NCBI GenBank assembly: GCA_049472335.1
Contig: JBLIRO010000027.1
Span: 1-58,734, forward strand
DNA length: 58,734 nucleotides
Source of the DNA: a bacterium
GTDB taxonomy: Bacteria > SZUA-182 > DTGQ01 > JAFGSM01
Reading direction: 5' to 3'
Shown: piece by piece, positions 11,554-21,136 of the stretch
How positions within the stretch are numbered: position 1 is the first letter of the stretch
Layout: each line of letters begins with the position of its first letter
The notes under the pieces: generated by a model
Database searches by the model: none
Seen by the model: only the letters and a program-made list of their open reading frames with translations
Told to the model about the DNA's origin: nothing
Made by a program: the position numbers and the translations under genes

Positions 11554-12426
11554 ATGTTGCAAGGATCTATGGTTGCCATTGTCACACCCTTTAAGGATGG
11601 GAAAATAGATGAGACAAGATTCAGAGAATTAATAGAGTTTCAGATTACGGAGGGTATCTCAGCTATCGTTCCCTGTGGCACCACAGGTGAGTCCGCTACT
11701 CTGACCCATGAGGAGCATGACCGGGTGGTCAAAATTGCGGTTGAGTCTGTGGCGGGAAGGGTGCCTGTTGTGGCAGGCACTGGATCAAACAGCACACAGG
11801 AAGCAGTCGAGCTGACAAAACATGCTCAAAAGTCAGGCGCTGACGCAGCGCTCCTTATCACTCCTTACTATAACAAGCCTACTCAGCAAGGACTCTATGA
11901 ATATTTTAAGGCTGTGGCGGATGCTGCGGATATCCCTATTATCCTTTACAATGTTCCCGGAAGAACAGCCGTCAACCTTCTTCCCCAGACAGTTGCCAGA
12001 CTCGCGGAAATAGAAAATATCCAGGCCATTAAAGAAGCGAGCGGCTCTATTGCCCAGGTTTCGGAGATCTTAAATCTATGCGGATCAAAGATAACCGTTC
12101 TGTCGGGCGATGATGCCCTGACCTTTCCCATTATGGCAATTGGGGGGATGGGTGTTATATCCGTAGCAGCCAACATAGTTCCTTCCAGGATGGCAGAAAT
12201 GGTAAACGCCTGTCTGGATAGTTCATGGGAACAGGCACGCAATCTTCATCTGAGCCTCTTTCCCCTTTTTCAATCCATGTTCTTTGAGACAAATCCCATA
12301 CCGGTTAAGACTGCCCTTGCCATGATGGGGAAGATTGAAGAAGAGTTCAGGTCGCCCTTATGTCCCATAAGCGCTGCCAACAGGGAAAAACTTTCTGAAG
12401 TATTGAAGATGTATAAGATTATTTAG
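11554..12426 (+). CDS. dapA: 4-hydroxy-tetrahydrodipicolinate synthase
   Basis: GTTGES, PYYNKPTQ, YNVPGRT, IKEASG, ETNPIPVK. Confidence 0.97.
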   Translation: MLQGSMVAIVTPFKDGKIDETRFRELIEFQITEGISAIVPCGTTGESATLTHEEHDRVVKIAVESVAGRVPVVAGTGSNSTQEAVELTKHAQKSGADAALLITPYYNKPTQQGLYEYFKAVADAADIPIILYNVPGRTAVNLLPQTVARLAEIENIQAIKEASGSIAQVSEILNLCGSKITVLSGDDALTFPIMAIGGMGVISVAANIVPSRMAEMVNACLDSSWEQARNLHLSLFPLFQSMFFETNPIPVKTALAMMGKIEEEFRSPLCPISAANREKLSEVLKMYKII

Positions 12427-12553
12427 AATGAATTCATAAAGGCTTAATGTAAAAATTGAATTGTCTATGCTGTTTTTTTAATTTATTGGTTGAGAGATAA
12501 TTCCTTAAGATCAATATTTATTATTGTTTAAGAAGGTTGGAGGGGAGAAACAA

Positions 12554-13378
12554 ATGACAGGGTCTGAAAATAGTGTGCATGTGGTTGTATGCGGGGCCGG
12601 AGGCAGAATGGGCGGCCGGATCATCCATGCCATACAAAATACCCCTGGGGTGGAACTCGCGGCAGGTGTGGAAAGGTCCGGACATCCGGTCCTTGAAAAG
12701 GGAATAGCCCAGTATGTGGGTATCCCGGATCTGACAGCCCCTGCAGTGTCGGATCTTGGCGAGGTTATAGACCGGGCTGATGTTGTCATTGATTTTACGG
12801 CCCCGGAAGCAAGTATTGCCCATCTTCAAATGGCAAAAGCTAAAAAAATAGCCCTCGTAGTCGGCACAACCGGTATTGACGAAAATCAAACCGAAAAATT
12901 TAGGGAAGCCGGAAGAGAAATAGCGGTTTGTCTTTCACCGAATATGAGTGTCGGAGTGAACCTTCTTTTTTCCCTTGTAGGCCGGGTTGCAAGTATCCTT
13001 GGCAATGAATACGATCCTGAGATAATCGAAATCCACCATCGACTTAAAAAGGATTCTCCGAGTGGAACTGCAATGAAGCTTGCCCGTATACTTGCGGAAG
13101 CAAAAGGATGGGACCTTGAAAAAACGGGGAATTATGGTAGAAAAGGGATGATAGGCCCCCGCAAAACCGAGGAGCTGGGCATACACGCAGTAAGAACAGG
13201 GGACGTAGTGGGAGAGCATACGGTAATTTTTGGCGGTCCCGCTGAGCGGATTGAGTTGATACACCGCGCCCAGAGCCGGGATGTGTTTGCCCATGGAGCC
13301 GTTAGGGCCGCGTTGTTTGTAGCAAAGGCAAAACCCGGCCTTTATGACATGCAGGACGTGCTTGGTTTAAGGGGTTGA
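12554..13378 (+). CDS. dapB: 4-hydroxy-tetrahydrodipicolinate reductase
   Basis: GAGGRMG, DFTAP, GTTG, EIHHRLKKDSPSGTA. ATG at 12554 after a GGAG RBS is preferred over the upstream TTG. Confidence 0.95.
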   Translation: MTGSENSVHVVVCGAGGRMGGRIIHAIQNTPGVELAAGVERSGHPVLEKGIAQYVGIPDLTAPAVSDLGEVIDRADVVIDFTAPEASIAHLQMAKAKKIALVVGTTGIDENQTEKFREAGREIAVCLSPNMSVGVNLLFSLVGRVASILGNEYDPEIIEIHHRLKKDSPSGTAMKLARILAEAKGWDLEKTGNYGRKGMIGPRKTEELGIHAVRTGDVVGEHTVIFGGPAERIELIHRAQSRDVFAHGAVRAALFVAKAKPGLYDMQDVLGLRG

Positions 13379-14139
13379 TTTTTATGTCCAAATTAGTTAG
13401 ATTTCAATATAATTCTATGGTTTGTCACGGTTTGATGGAGGGAGACCGGATCTGGAGGATCTCCGGGACCTTTTATGAATCCTGGGAAAAACAGGGTGAT
13501 CCTCTGTCATTATCGGACGTGAAGCTCCTGCCGCCGTGCCAGCCTTCAAAGATTGTGGCGGTAGGGCTTAATTACAGGGATCATGCAGTGGAGCTGAATA
13601 TGGATATACCAGGTGAACCGATCCTATTCATAAAGCCAGGGACCACTGTTTGCGGCCCGGGTGACTACATAAAATATCCTCCCCTCTCAGAACAGATAGA
13701 TTATGAAGCAGAGTTGGGCGTGGTCATTCAGAGAACCACAAAAGATATCGATCCCTCAGAGGCTGTTGAATATATACTTGGTTACACCTGTGTAAATGAC
13801 ATAACAGCCCGCGATCTCCAGAAAAGGGACGGACAGTGGACACGAGCAAAATCCTTCGATACCTTTTGTCCGATCGGCCCTTGCATAGAAACGGATCTCG
13901 ATCCTTCCAATTGCAGGGTGGAGTGTTTCCTGAATGGAGATGTGAAACAAAGCTCCTCCACAGCAAATCAGATCTTTTCTCCCTTTTTTCTTGTAAGTTT
14001 CATAAGCCGGGTAATGACACTTCTCCCTGGTGATGTAATTGCTACCGGGACACCGCCGGGTGTGGGGCCCATGAAGATCGGCGATGAGGTAGAGGTGGCG
14101 GTGGGAGGTATCGGGAGGCTAAAGAATTATGTCATCTGA
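13375..14139 (+). CDS. Fumarylacetoacetate hydrolase family protein
   Basis: KIVAVGLNY, DYEAELGVVI, NDITARD, AKSFDTFCPIGP, TGTPPGVG. Confidence 0.9.
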   Translation: MIFMSKLVRFQYNSMVCHGLMEGDRIWRISGTFYESWEKQGDPLSLSDVKLLPPCQPSKIVAVGLNYRDHAVELNMDIPGEPILFIKPGTTVCGPGDYIKYPPLSEQIDYEAELGVVIQRTTKDIDPSEAVEYILGYTCVNDITARDLQKRDGQWTRAKSFDTFCPIGPCIETDLDPSNCRVECFLNGDVKQSSSTANQIFSPFFLVSFISRVMTLLPGDVIATGTPPGVGPMKIGDEVEVAVGGIGRLKNYVI

Positions 14140-15181
14140 TAAATTTACACCCAATGCCCTGGCTTCGGGTATAGGGAGTTTGCCCCATACTGATCCCAAC
14201 GAAGCGTGCCGGCTTGTATGGGACCTTTTGCCTGATTTCCCCTTTTGGCCGCAACTTCCCAAAAGATCGCCTCTGGAGAATATGTACTATCAATATGCGG
14301 AAAATATGCCCGGCCTTATCGTCCGAGGTGACGGAGGCTTTTATATAGATGACGGGAAGGATGGTTTTTATGAAGAGCTTGAGAAATTCTACCAGACATT
14401 TTTGTCCGAAGATGTTGAGCTCTTTCGTATTTCCGAAGAATATGCGGCCGGATTATACAAATGGTTGGAGGGTAAAGAACACCTGAGATCAGCATGCGCC
14501 ATTAAAGGCCAAATCACGGGGCCAGTCAGCTTCGGGCTTCAGGTGACACAGGAAGACAGAAGATCCATCCTGTATAATGACACTCTGAGAGATGTAATGA
14601 ACAAACAACTCCTTCGAAAAGCCCAATGGCAAGTGGCCCTCATGAAAAAAATACATCCGGTGCCTGTCATGTTTATTGACGAGCCTTACCTCGCAGCATT
14701 CGGGTCCGCGTTTACAAGCCTGGACCGGGAGACAGTGCTCTCATTATTTAAAGAGATATTTTCCGGGATCGACAGCATAAAAGGTATACATTGCTGCGGT
14801 AATACGGACTGGTCATTGCTGCTGGATTGCGGGCCGGACATCCTGTCATTTGACGCCTATTCATATATGGATTCCATCTTTCTGTATAAAGAACACCTAA
14901 CCAGATTTCTGGATCGGGGAGGCATCATAGCCTGGGGGATCGTGCCTACCGATGAATCGGAGATCAGGAAAGAGACCCCTGAAGACTTGCTGGCCAAGCT
15001 GGATTCAGCCTGGGAGAGACTGATGAGCCTGGGTTTTGATCAGGAAACCATACTGGCTCAATCCATTATCACCCCTTCCTGCGGCCTGGGGAGCCTGTCC
15101 GGACCACAGGCAGCAACAGAGGCCTTCCGCCTGACAAGAAAGATCTCCGATCATATCCGCTCAAAATACGATCTGCCCTGA
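14129..15181 (+). CDS. Cobalamin-independent methionine synthase-like (MetE C-terminal/UroD-MetE fold) protein
   Basis: GIGSLPH, PFWPQLP, KGQITGP, FIDEP, IHCCG, ITPSCGLG metal-ligand pattern. Confidence 0.75.
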   Translation: MSSDKFTPNALASGIGSLPHTDPNEACRLVWDLLPDFPFWPQLPKRSPLENMYYQYAENMPGLIVRGDGGFYIDDGKDGFYEELEKFYQTFLSEDVELFRISEEYAAGLYKWLEGKEHLRSACAIKGQITGPVSFGLQVTQEDRRSILYNDTLRDVMNKQLLRKAQWQVALMKKIHPVPVMFIDEPYLAAFGSAFTSLDRETVLSLFKEIFSGIDSIKGIHCCGNTDWSLLLDCGPDILSFDAYSYMDSIFLYKEHLTRFLDRGGIIAWGIVPTDESEIRKETPEDLLAKLDSAWERLMSLGFDQETILAQSIITPSCGLGSLSGPQAATEAFRLTRKISDHIRSKYDLP

Positions 15182-15307
15182 CGGTTATTAGCGCTCGCCC
15201 TAAGTTATTTGCCCGAAAATAGAATCGACAGCCCCCTTGTTTATTTGTCCAAAAATGATTATTATATTTCGTATTAGTACTAAAAAAAGTATCTTGGAGA
15301 AACAGGA

Positions 15308-15928
15308 ATGCAATATATTGAGTTTAAAGACTCATTAAAGGATTTCACAGTATTTTCCCTCAACGATATCAGGAGGGTTGATAACCGGTTTTTTCGTACA
15401 AGGCTAAATGAATGGCAGAATAAGGGATTTATAAAAAAAGTAATTAAGGGGTACTATATCTTTTCTGATTTAGAACTTAATGAAGATGTTCTTTTTGAAA
15501 TTGCAAATAAAATTTACAACCCTTCATATATCTCCTTTGAAACGGCGCTTTCTTGGCATGGATTAATTCCGGAAAGCGTGTTTGGCATAACCTCTGTTTC
15601 TACCCGAAGGACTTACAAGTTCAAGACATCTATCGCTGAATTTACATACAGGAAATTAAAGCCCCAACTTTTTTTCGGTTATGATCTTGTTGAATATAGG
15701 AAAGATAAGAGCTTTAAGATGGCTTGTATGGAAAAGGCTATCTTGGATTACTTTTATATCAATACATTTATAAGGGAAGAAGCTGATTTTGTGAGTCTGC
15801 GTATAAACAAGGATATATTTTTTGAAAAATTTAATGAAAAAAGGTTTAATAATTTTTTAGAAACATTTGGACAAAAACGATTGTCAAATAGAATAAAATC
15901 TTTTTTGGAATTTATGAAAAATGCTTGA
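15308..15928 (+). CDS. Type IV toxin-antitoxin AbiEi-family antitoxin / transcriptional regulator
   Basis: N-terminal wHTH-like segment, PSYISFETALSWHGLIPES...ITSVS, EKAILD; overlaps the AbiEii gene. Confidence 0.8.
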   Translation: MQYIEFKDSLKDFTVFSLNDIRRVDNRFFRTRLNEWQNKGFIKKVIKGYYIFSDLELNEDVLFEIANKIYNPSYISFETALSWHGLIPESVFGITSVSTRRTYKFKTSIAEFTYRKLKPQLFFGYDLVEYRKDKSFKMACMEKAILDYFYINTFIREEADFVSLRINKDIFFEKFNEKRFNNFLETFGQKRLSNRIKSFLEFMKNA

Positions 15929-16697
15929 CCTGAAACAGATAGAGTCTTTTTATCCTGAAAATCTTAGACCATTCAAAAAAAATCTTTTACGTGAATATTT
16001 GCAATATAAGATTCTTGAGTCTGTTTTTGATTCAAGCTTTGGCGCAAAATTGTCTTTTATGGGTGGGACGGCTACTCATATTATTCATTCAAATAATAGA
16101 TTCTCGGAAGATCTGGATTTTGATAATTTAGGTTTAACGAAGGAAAATTTTAAGGAATTAATAAAAGTAATTCAAAAGAGGCTGGAGTTGGAAGGATATC
16201 CCGTTGAAACAAAGAATGTCTTTAGCGGCGCCTACAGATCTTACATAAGGATTCCGGATATACTTTTTAAAACCGGAATATCAAGACATAAAGATGAAAA
16301 GTTATTAATTGAATTAGACACAGAACCTCAGGGATTTGAGTATCACCCGGATAAAATCATTGTAAACAAATTTGATATATTTCTGAGAATAAATGTTGTG
16401 CCTGTTGATATACTATTGGCTCAAAAAATATACGCAATCTTTAGTCGCAAACGCCCAATGGGAAGGGATTTCTACGATACGGTTTTTTTGCTTGGAAAAA
16501 CAAAGCCAAATTATAATTACTTAAGATCAAAAATGAATTTTAAAGAGACAATCGATCTCAAAGACAGGCTTTTGTTAAAATGTAAGGATCTTGATTTTAA
16601 TCGGCTATCTTCGGAAGTAGAACAATTTTTATTTGTGCCAAGCGATTCAAAAAAGGTTTTGTTTTTTTATGAATATATACAGAATTGCGAATTCTGA
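15921..16697 (+). CDS. AbiEii-family nucleotidyltransferase toxin
   Basis: FMGGTA...RFSEDLDF nucleotidyltransferase motif, K...R...GRDFYD. Confidence 0.85.
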   Translation: MLDLKQIESFYPENLRPFKKNLLREYLQYKILESVFDSSFGAKLSFMGGTATHIIHSNNRFSEDLDFDNLGLTKENFKELIKVIQKRLELEGYPVETKNVFSGAYRSYIRIPDILFKTGISRHKDEKLLIELDTEPQGFEYHPDKIIVNKFDIFLRINVVPVDILLAQKIYAIFSRKRPMGRDFYDTVFLLGKTKPNYNYLRSKMNFKETIDLKDRLLLKCKDLDFNRLSSEVEQFLFVPSDSKKVLFFYEYIQNCEF

Positions 16698-16900
16698 ATT
16701 TTAAACAATTTAGTAGTTAAGTGTCACAATTTGAATGAAAAATTACTTAAATTTTGGCGTGATGTATTATAGAATATTTGAATAATGGGTTTAAAATGAA
16801 GTTGTAATTTCTTAAAATTTTCCGTTTAAAGGTTTCATTAAATCTGCCTGAATATAAATAGATTTAAGGCCTGGTTGGTGCTAAAGGATTGGAGCAAACA

Positions 16901-19291
16901 ATGGCAAAGGATGAGCTAAATTACAAATTATTGAGCGACGAGCCGATTCTTGAATACGAGCGTTCAGATGATCTTGAATACGAACATGCTGCCGGCGTTC
17001 TGGCTCGAGCCGCTCTTTTTACCGATTGTCCCATAACAATTGGCATCTATGGCAATTGGGGGACGGGTAAGACATCTTTGATGCGCTTAATGAAGGAGAT
17101 TGTTGAAAAGGAAGGCCGGGGTGAGAACGCCGCTGTTGCGGTTTGGTTTAACGCATGGCAGTACGAACGTGAGGAACACCTGATTGTCCCGCTTATCGCC
17201 ACGATTGCCCGGGATATTAAAAAAAAGCGGGAAGAATGGCAACGGCTCTCCCTCAAAGATAAAACAGACAAGGCTGCCAGTAAAGCCTTTAGCATCATGG
17301 AGCGTGGTGGTAAAAGGGTGCATGACGCCCTTCGCTCGGTCCTTTATGGCATATCAATGAAAGGTAAACTGGGTGTGCCTCTGCTGGGCGAACTGGAAAT
17401 CAGCACATCAATGAAAGATATGATAGAACGCTACGAGGCCGTGACCCAGGATACATTGATGGCACGTAGTCTGTATTTCGATGCATTTGATCAGTTGCGC
17501 GATCTGTCCCATAATCCGGAGATCAAGAAGCCACAGATTGTTGTATTCATTGACGATCTGGATCGCTGTTTTCCGGAACAGGCTGTACGTTTGCTGGAGA
17601 GTATAAAGCTTGTGCTTCATCAGCCCAAGTTTTCTTTTGTTCTGGGCATCTATCCCCAGATTATTGAGGAATTTATCCGCAACAAGTATGCGGCTGCATA
17701 TCCTTTAGCAGCAGCCCGCACCGCTTCAGATGACGATGAGAAATTTCGCACCCGTATGAACAAATACCTTGACTACTTCAATGAATATCTTGGTAAGATC
17801 GTGCAAGTGTGTCATTATGTCCCGGAACGCCGGCCTGATCAAATGCATAACTACATACGCCATCTATTAGAAGGTGCCGGAGTGGCCTCAGAATTTTTGG
17901 TTGAGGGCATTTCCAAAGAAAACCTGTTCGAATTGATCGCTGAAGTGGGTAGACGCAATCCCCGTGAAATCGTCCGCAAGATCAATGGACTAATCGTCAA
18001 ATGGAGAATCGCAAAAAGCAAGGCTGGTGAAGAGGGGGCATATGGACTGATAGCCGGTCTGATCAATGAATCGTTTTCGGATAGAATATCAAGGGGTGAA
18101 CTTCAATACAAGGATTTCCTTGACCTTTTAACGTATCGAACCAGAGAAGAAGAGTTCGCCACATATGGTAAAAAACTGGCTCATATGATGGACACAGGGG
18201 ATATTTCCAAAACAGACAACCAAAGAGAGAAAATCCGCAGACTTAGGGAGAAGTTCGAAACAGATAAAGATAAAATTTTAACCGATCTGATCGAAATTCT
18301 GGCAAAGGATGAGCAGTTGTACAACATACTAAATTCCCCTCCGGGCCTGAAGTGGCTGTCGGATAAGGAATATCGGGCTGAAACAAGAGAAACCTATAAA
18401 GAGGTGGATTCCCGGGAAGAGGCGAGTATATCCGACATACATAAAGCAACCAATCTTGACCATATAATTAAAGGATTACGCATGGTAGCCATTCCTGCCG
18501 GTGAGTTTACAATGGGTAGCCCGGATAATGAAGTTGATCGGCGTAATGATGAAACCCAGCACAAAGTCAAACTGGATAGTTTTCAGATCAGCCCGACACC
18601 GGTAACCCAGGCACAATATAAGGCTATTATGGGTGAAAACCCCTCGCATTTTAAAGGAAAGGGGGATGATTATGAAAACAGACCCGTGGAAATGGTGAGC
18701 TGGCACGATGCCGTAAATTTCTGTAATAAACTCACGGAGCTTGTTAAGGGAAAGGGCCGATTTAACCTGCCCACTGAGGCACAATGGGAATATGCCTGCC
18801 GGGCTGGCACAGATACACCCTTTAACACCGGTGATAATCTGACCACCGAACAGGCAAATTATAACGGCAACTATCCTTACAAAAACCATCCCAAAGGCAG
18901 ATATTTGGAAGAGACAACCCCGGTCGGCAGCTACCCGCCGAATGCCTGGGGATTGTATGACATGCACGGCAATGTCTGGGAGTGGTGTCAGGATTGGTAT
19001 GGTGAAGGCTATTATAATGAATGCAATCAGAAAGGCACGGTGGAAAATCCCGCCGGGCCGGAGAAGGGTTCGCCCCGGGTGTTGCGCGGCGGTAGCTGGG
19101 GCCGCAGCGCGCAGCGCTGTCGTTCGGCGCACCGGAACTACGATATGCCTGCCAATCGCGATTCCTACGTCGGCTTCCGCCTGGTCTTCGTCCCTCAGTC
19201 AGTTGGTAGCTTATCCGGTCATACCCTGAGCAATGACGAGCTGGCTGAGTGCAATGAGCGGGAGCGGAGGGACGGAGCGACCGGCGAATGA
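16901..19291 (+). CDS. DGR target 1: KAP-family P-loop NTPase fused to C-terminal FGE-sulfatase (C-type lectin fold) domain
   Basis: TIGIYGNWGTGKTS (Walker A), WFNAWQY, VVFIDDLDRC (KAP Walker B). C-terminal [38 protein letters not shown]...GFRLV. Contains VR1. Confidence 0.9.
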   Translation: MAKDELNYKLLSDEPILEYERSDDLEYEHAAGVLARAALFTDCPITIGIYGNWGTGKTSLMRLMKEIVEKEGRGENAAVAVWFNAWQYEREEHLIVPLIATIARDIKKKREEWQRLSLKDKTDKAASKAFSIMERGGKRVHDALRSVLYGISMKGKLGVPLLGELEISTSMKDMIERYEAVTQDTLMARSLYFDAFDQLRDLSHNPEIKKPQIVVFIDDLDRCFPEQAVRLLESIKLVLHQPKFSFVLGIYPQIIEEFIRNKYAAAYPLAAARTASDDDEKFRTRMNKYLDYFNEYLGKIVQVCHYVPERRPDQMHNYIRHLLEGAGVASEFLVEGISKENLFELIAEVGRRNPREIVRKINGLIVKWRIAKSKAGEEGAYGLIAGLINESFSDRISRGELQYKDFLDLLTYRTREEEFATYGKKLAHMMDTGDISKTDNQREKIRRLREKFETDKDKILTDLIEILAKDEQLYNILNSPPGLKWLSDKEYRAETRETYKEVDSREEASISDIHKATNLDHIIKGLRMVAIPAGEFTMGSPDNEVDRRNDETQHKVKLDSFQISPTPVTQAQYKAIMGENPSHFKGKGDDYENRPVEMVSWHDAVNFCNKLTELVKGKGRFNLPTEAQWEYACRAGTDTPFNTGDNLTTEQANYNGNYPYKNHPKGRYLEETTPVGSYPPNAWGLYDMHGNVWEWCQDWYGEGYYNECNQKGTVENPAGPEKGSPRVLRGGSWGRSAQRCRSAHRNYDMPANRDSYVGFRLVFVPQSVGSLSGHTLSNDELAECNERERRDGATGE
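19067..19198 (+). repeat. DGR variable repeat VR1
   Basis: 132-bp ungapped match to TR (20846-20977). By manual alignment, 17 mismatches, all at TR adenines. Confidence 0.96.
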
Positions 19292-19309
19292 AACGAAGCC
19301 AGGGAGTCA
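19199..19309 (+). repeat. Shared post-VR cassette (IMH/hairpin region), copy 1
   Basis: 111 bp identical to 24182-24292 except 2 nt; absent after TR. Confidence 0.9.
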
Positions 19310-19401
19310 CGGGATTTGGAGCAGCATCCCATTTATAAAAATTATGGACATTTTTCAAGACCTTATGTACGTTTGCAACGATCAGAGGAATAACAAACCT
19401 T

Positions 19402-19863
19402 ATGCAAGTTAAACTGTTTACTATTCCCATTTGCGATAGCGGTGCATCTGAGGGTGAGATGAATCGTTTTCTGAGGAGTCATAAGATACTGGAAGTCCAG
19501 AGCCAGTTTATCAGCACTGAAAACGGTGCCAGTTGGTGTTTTTGTGTCCGTTATATTGAGAACGCCATACCTGTTCCAGACAACAAAAAAGGCAAGGTGG
19601 ATTACAGATATGTGTTGGATGAGGCCACTTTTAAGAAGTTCTCAAAATTGCGCGAAATCCGTAAAAAGATAGCATCTGATGAGGGCATTCCCGCCTTTGC
19701 CATATTTACGGATGAAGAGTTGGCCGGTTTGGCCAGTCTGGAGGCCATTACTGAAACAGGAATGCGCTCAATAAAAGGCATTGGTGACAAGAAAATTGAG
19801 CGTTATGCCCGCTACTTTATTGAAGGTTCGAAGATTGATGAAAAGACAGGGACATCTGATTGA
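19402..19863 (+). CDS. HRDC-domain DGR accessory protein
   Basis: C-terminal LREIRKKIASDEGIPAFAIFTDEEL...IKGIGDKKIERY is an HRDC domain; overlaps the RT start. Confidence 0.8.
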   Translation: MQVKLFTIPICDSGASEGEMNRFLRSHKILEVQSQFISTENGASWCFCVRYIENAIPVPDNKKGKVDYRYVLDEATFKKFSKLREIRKKIASDEGIPAFAIFTDEELAGLASLEAITETGMRSIKGIGDKKIERYARYFIEGSKIDEKTGTSD

Positions 19864-20827
19864 AAAAATCGCCAATATGGATAATCTGTATCTGGCGTTC
19901 TATAAGGCTAAAAAAGGCAAGGCATACAGAGACGAAGTGGTTGCTTATGGCCGGCGGCTTCAGGGAAATTTGCTAGACTTGAGACAGCAGCTATTTTCGG
20001 CAGATGTGGACGTCGGCAATTACCATTATTTTACTGTATATGATCCGAAAAAAAGGCTAATCTGCGCAGCGCCGTTTGGTCAGCGGGTTATGCACCATGC
20101 CTTGATGAATATTTGTCACCCCTTTTTCGAAAAAGTTCAGATATTCCACAGTTATGCCAGTAGAGTTGCCAAAGGTACATATGCGGCGCTTGACCAGGCC
20201 AGGAGTTACCATAATCACTATAAATGGTTTCTTAAATTGGATTATCGTAAATATTTTGATAGCCTGGACCATTTTATTTTAAAGCAGCAACTCCAGGCTT
20301 TATTCAAAGACCCGATTCTGCTGAAGATTTTTTATCGCATAATTGACAGTTACTTCACTACTGAAAATAGAGGTGTACCAATCGGCAATCTAACCAGTCA
20401 GTATTTCGCCAATCATTATCTGGCCAAAATGGACCATTATGTGAAAGAAAGATTAAATATCCGGGCGTATGTTCGATATATGGATGATATAGTCATTTGG
20501 GACAACGATAAAGATGTTTTATTAAATGCCGGCCGGCATTTGGAGTGCTATTCAGAGAGCTGGTTAAAATTAACACTGAAACCCTTTTGTCTGAACCAAA
20601 ATTCACATGGATTGCCCTTCCTGGGCTATCTTATCTATCCTGATGAAACACGTCTTGCTCACCGGAGCCGGATTCGGTATAGCAAAAAATTGCATGCTTA
20701 TGAAAAAAATCTGAATTTAGACATTTGGTCACAAAAAGAGTATCAAAATCAAGTAATTCCGCTTATTGCTTTTACTGAAAAGGCCAATGCCAGGGGATTC
20801 AGGAAACATGTAATGACAACTTTTTAA
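19838..20827 (+). CDS. DGR reverse transcriptase
   Basis: KKRLICAAPFGQRVMHHA, LKLDYRKYFDSLDH, GVPIGNLTSQYFAN (SQ signature of DGR RTs), YVRYMDD, FLGY. ATG at 19838. Confidence 0.95.
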   Translation: MKRQGHLIEKIANMDNLYLAFYKAKKGKAYRDEVVAYGRRLQGNLLDLRQQLFSADVDVGNYHYFTVYDPKKRLICAAPFGQRVMHHALMNICHPFFEKVQIFHSYASRVAKGTYAALDQARSYHNHYKWFLKLDYRKYFDSLDHFILKQQLQALFKDPILLKIFYRIIDSYFTTENRGVPIGNLTSQYFANHYLAKMDHYVKERLNIRAYVRYMDDIVIWDNDKDVLLNAGRHLECYSESWLKLTLKPFCLNQNSHGLPFLGYLIYPDETRLAHRSRIRYSKKLHAYEKNLNLDIWSQKEYQNQVIPLIAFTEKANARGFRKHVMTTF

Positions 20828-20845
20828 AAAAGGGCATCAGTCATA

Positions 20846-20977
20846 GGTTCGAACCGGGTGTTGCGCGGCGGTAGCTGGAACAACAACGCACAGAACTGTC
20901 GTTCGGCGAACCGGAACTACAATATGCCTGACAATCGCAATAACAACGTCGGCTTCCGCCTGGTCTTCGTCCCTCAG
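20846..20977 (+). ncRNA. DGR template repeat (TR)
   Basis: Intergenic, directly after the RT stop. 12 AAC/AAT codons in the VR frame. Matches VR1 and VR2 except mostly at adenines. Confidence 0.95.
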
Positions 20978-21136
20978 CTCATGGGTATGGCCGGATAGCT
21001 ACCACTGAACAGATTGTTGTCCCATTCGCCTTGAATAGGGCGATAAAAAGTACTGACAGGGCGTGGTGTTAGTAGGGTGACCGGATCGTTATCTCGAACG
21101 CTCCACGCTAATCTTAAACTATAAAGGAGTCAAACA

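Noticed and set aside
18476..19430. Long antisense ORFs over the VR1 region
   Set aside because: GC-rich shadow frames of target gene 1 with no recognisable motifs.
19838..20827. RT as group II intron, retron or Abi RT
   Set aside because: GNLTSQ motif, short length without maturase/endonuclease extension, and adjacent TR/VR pairs identify a DGR RT.
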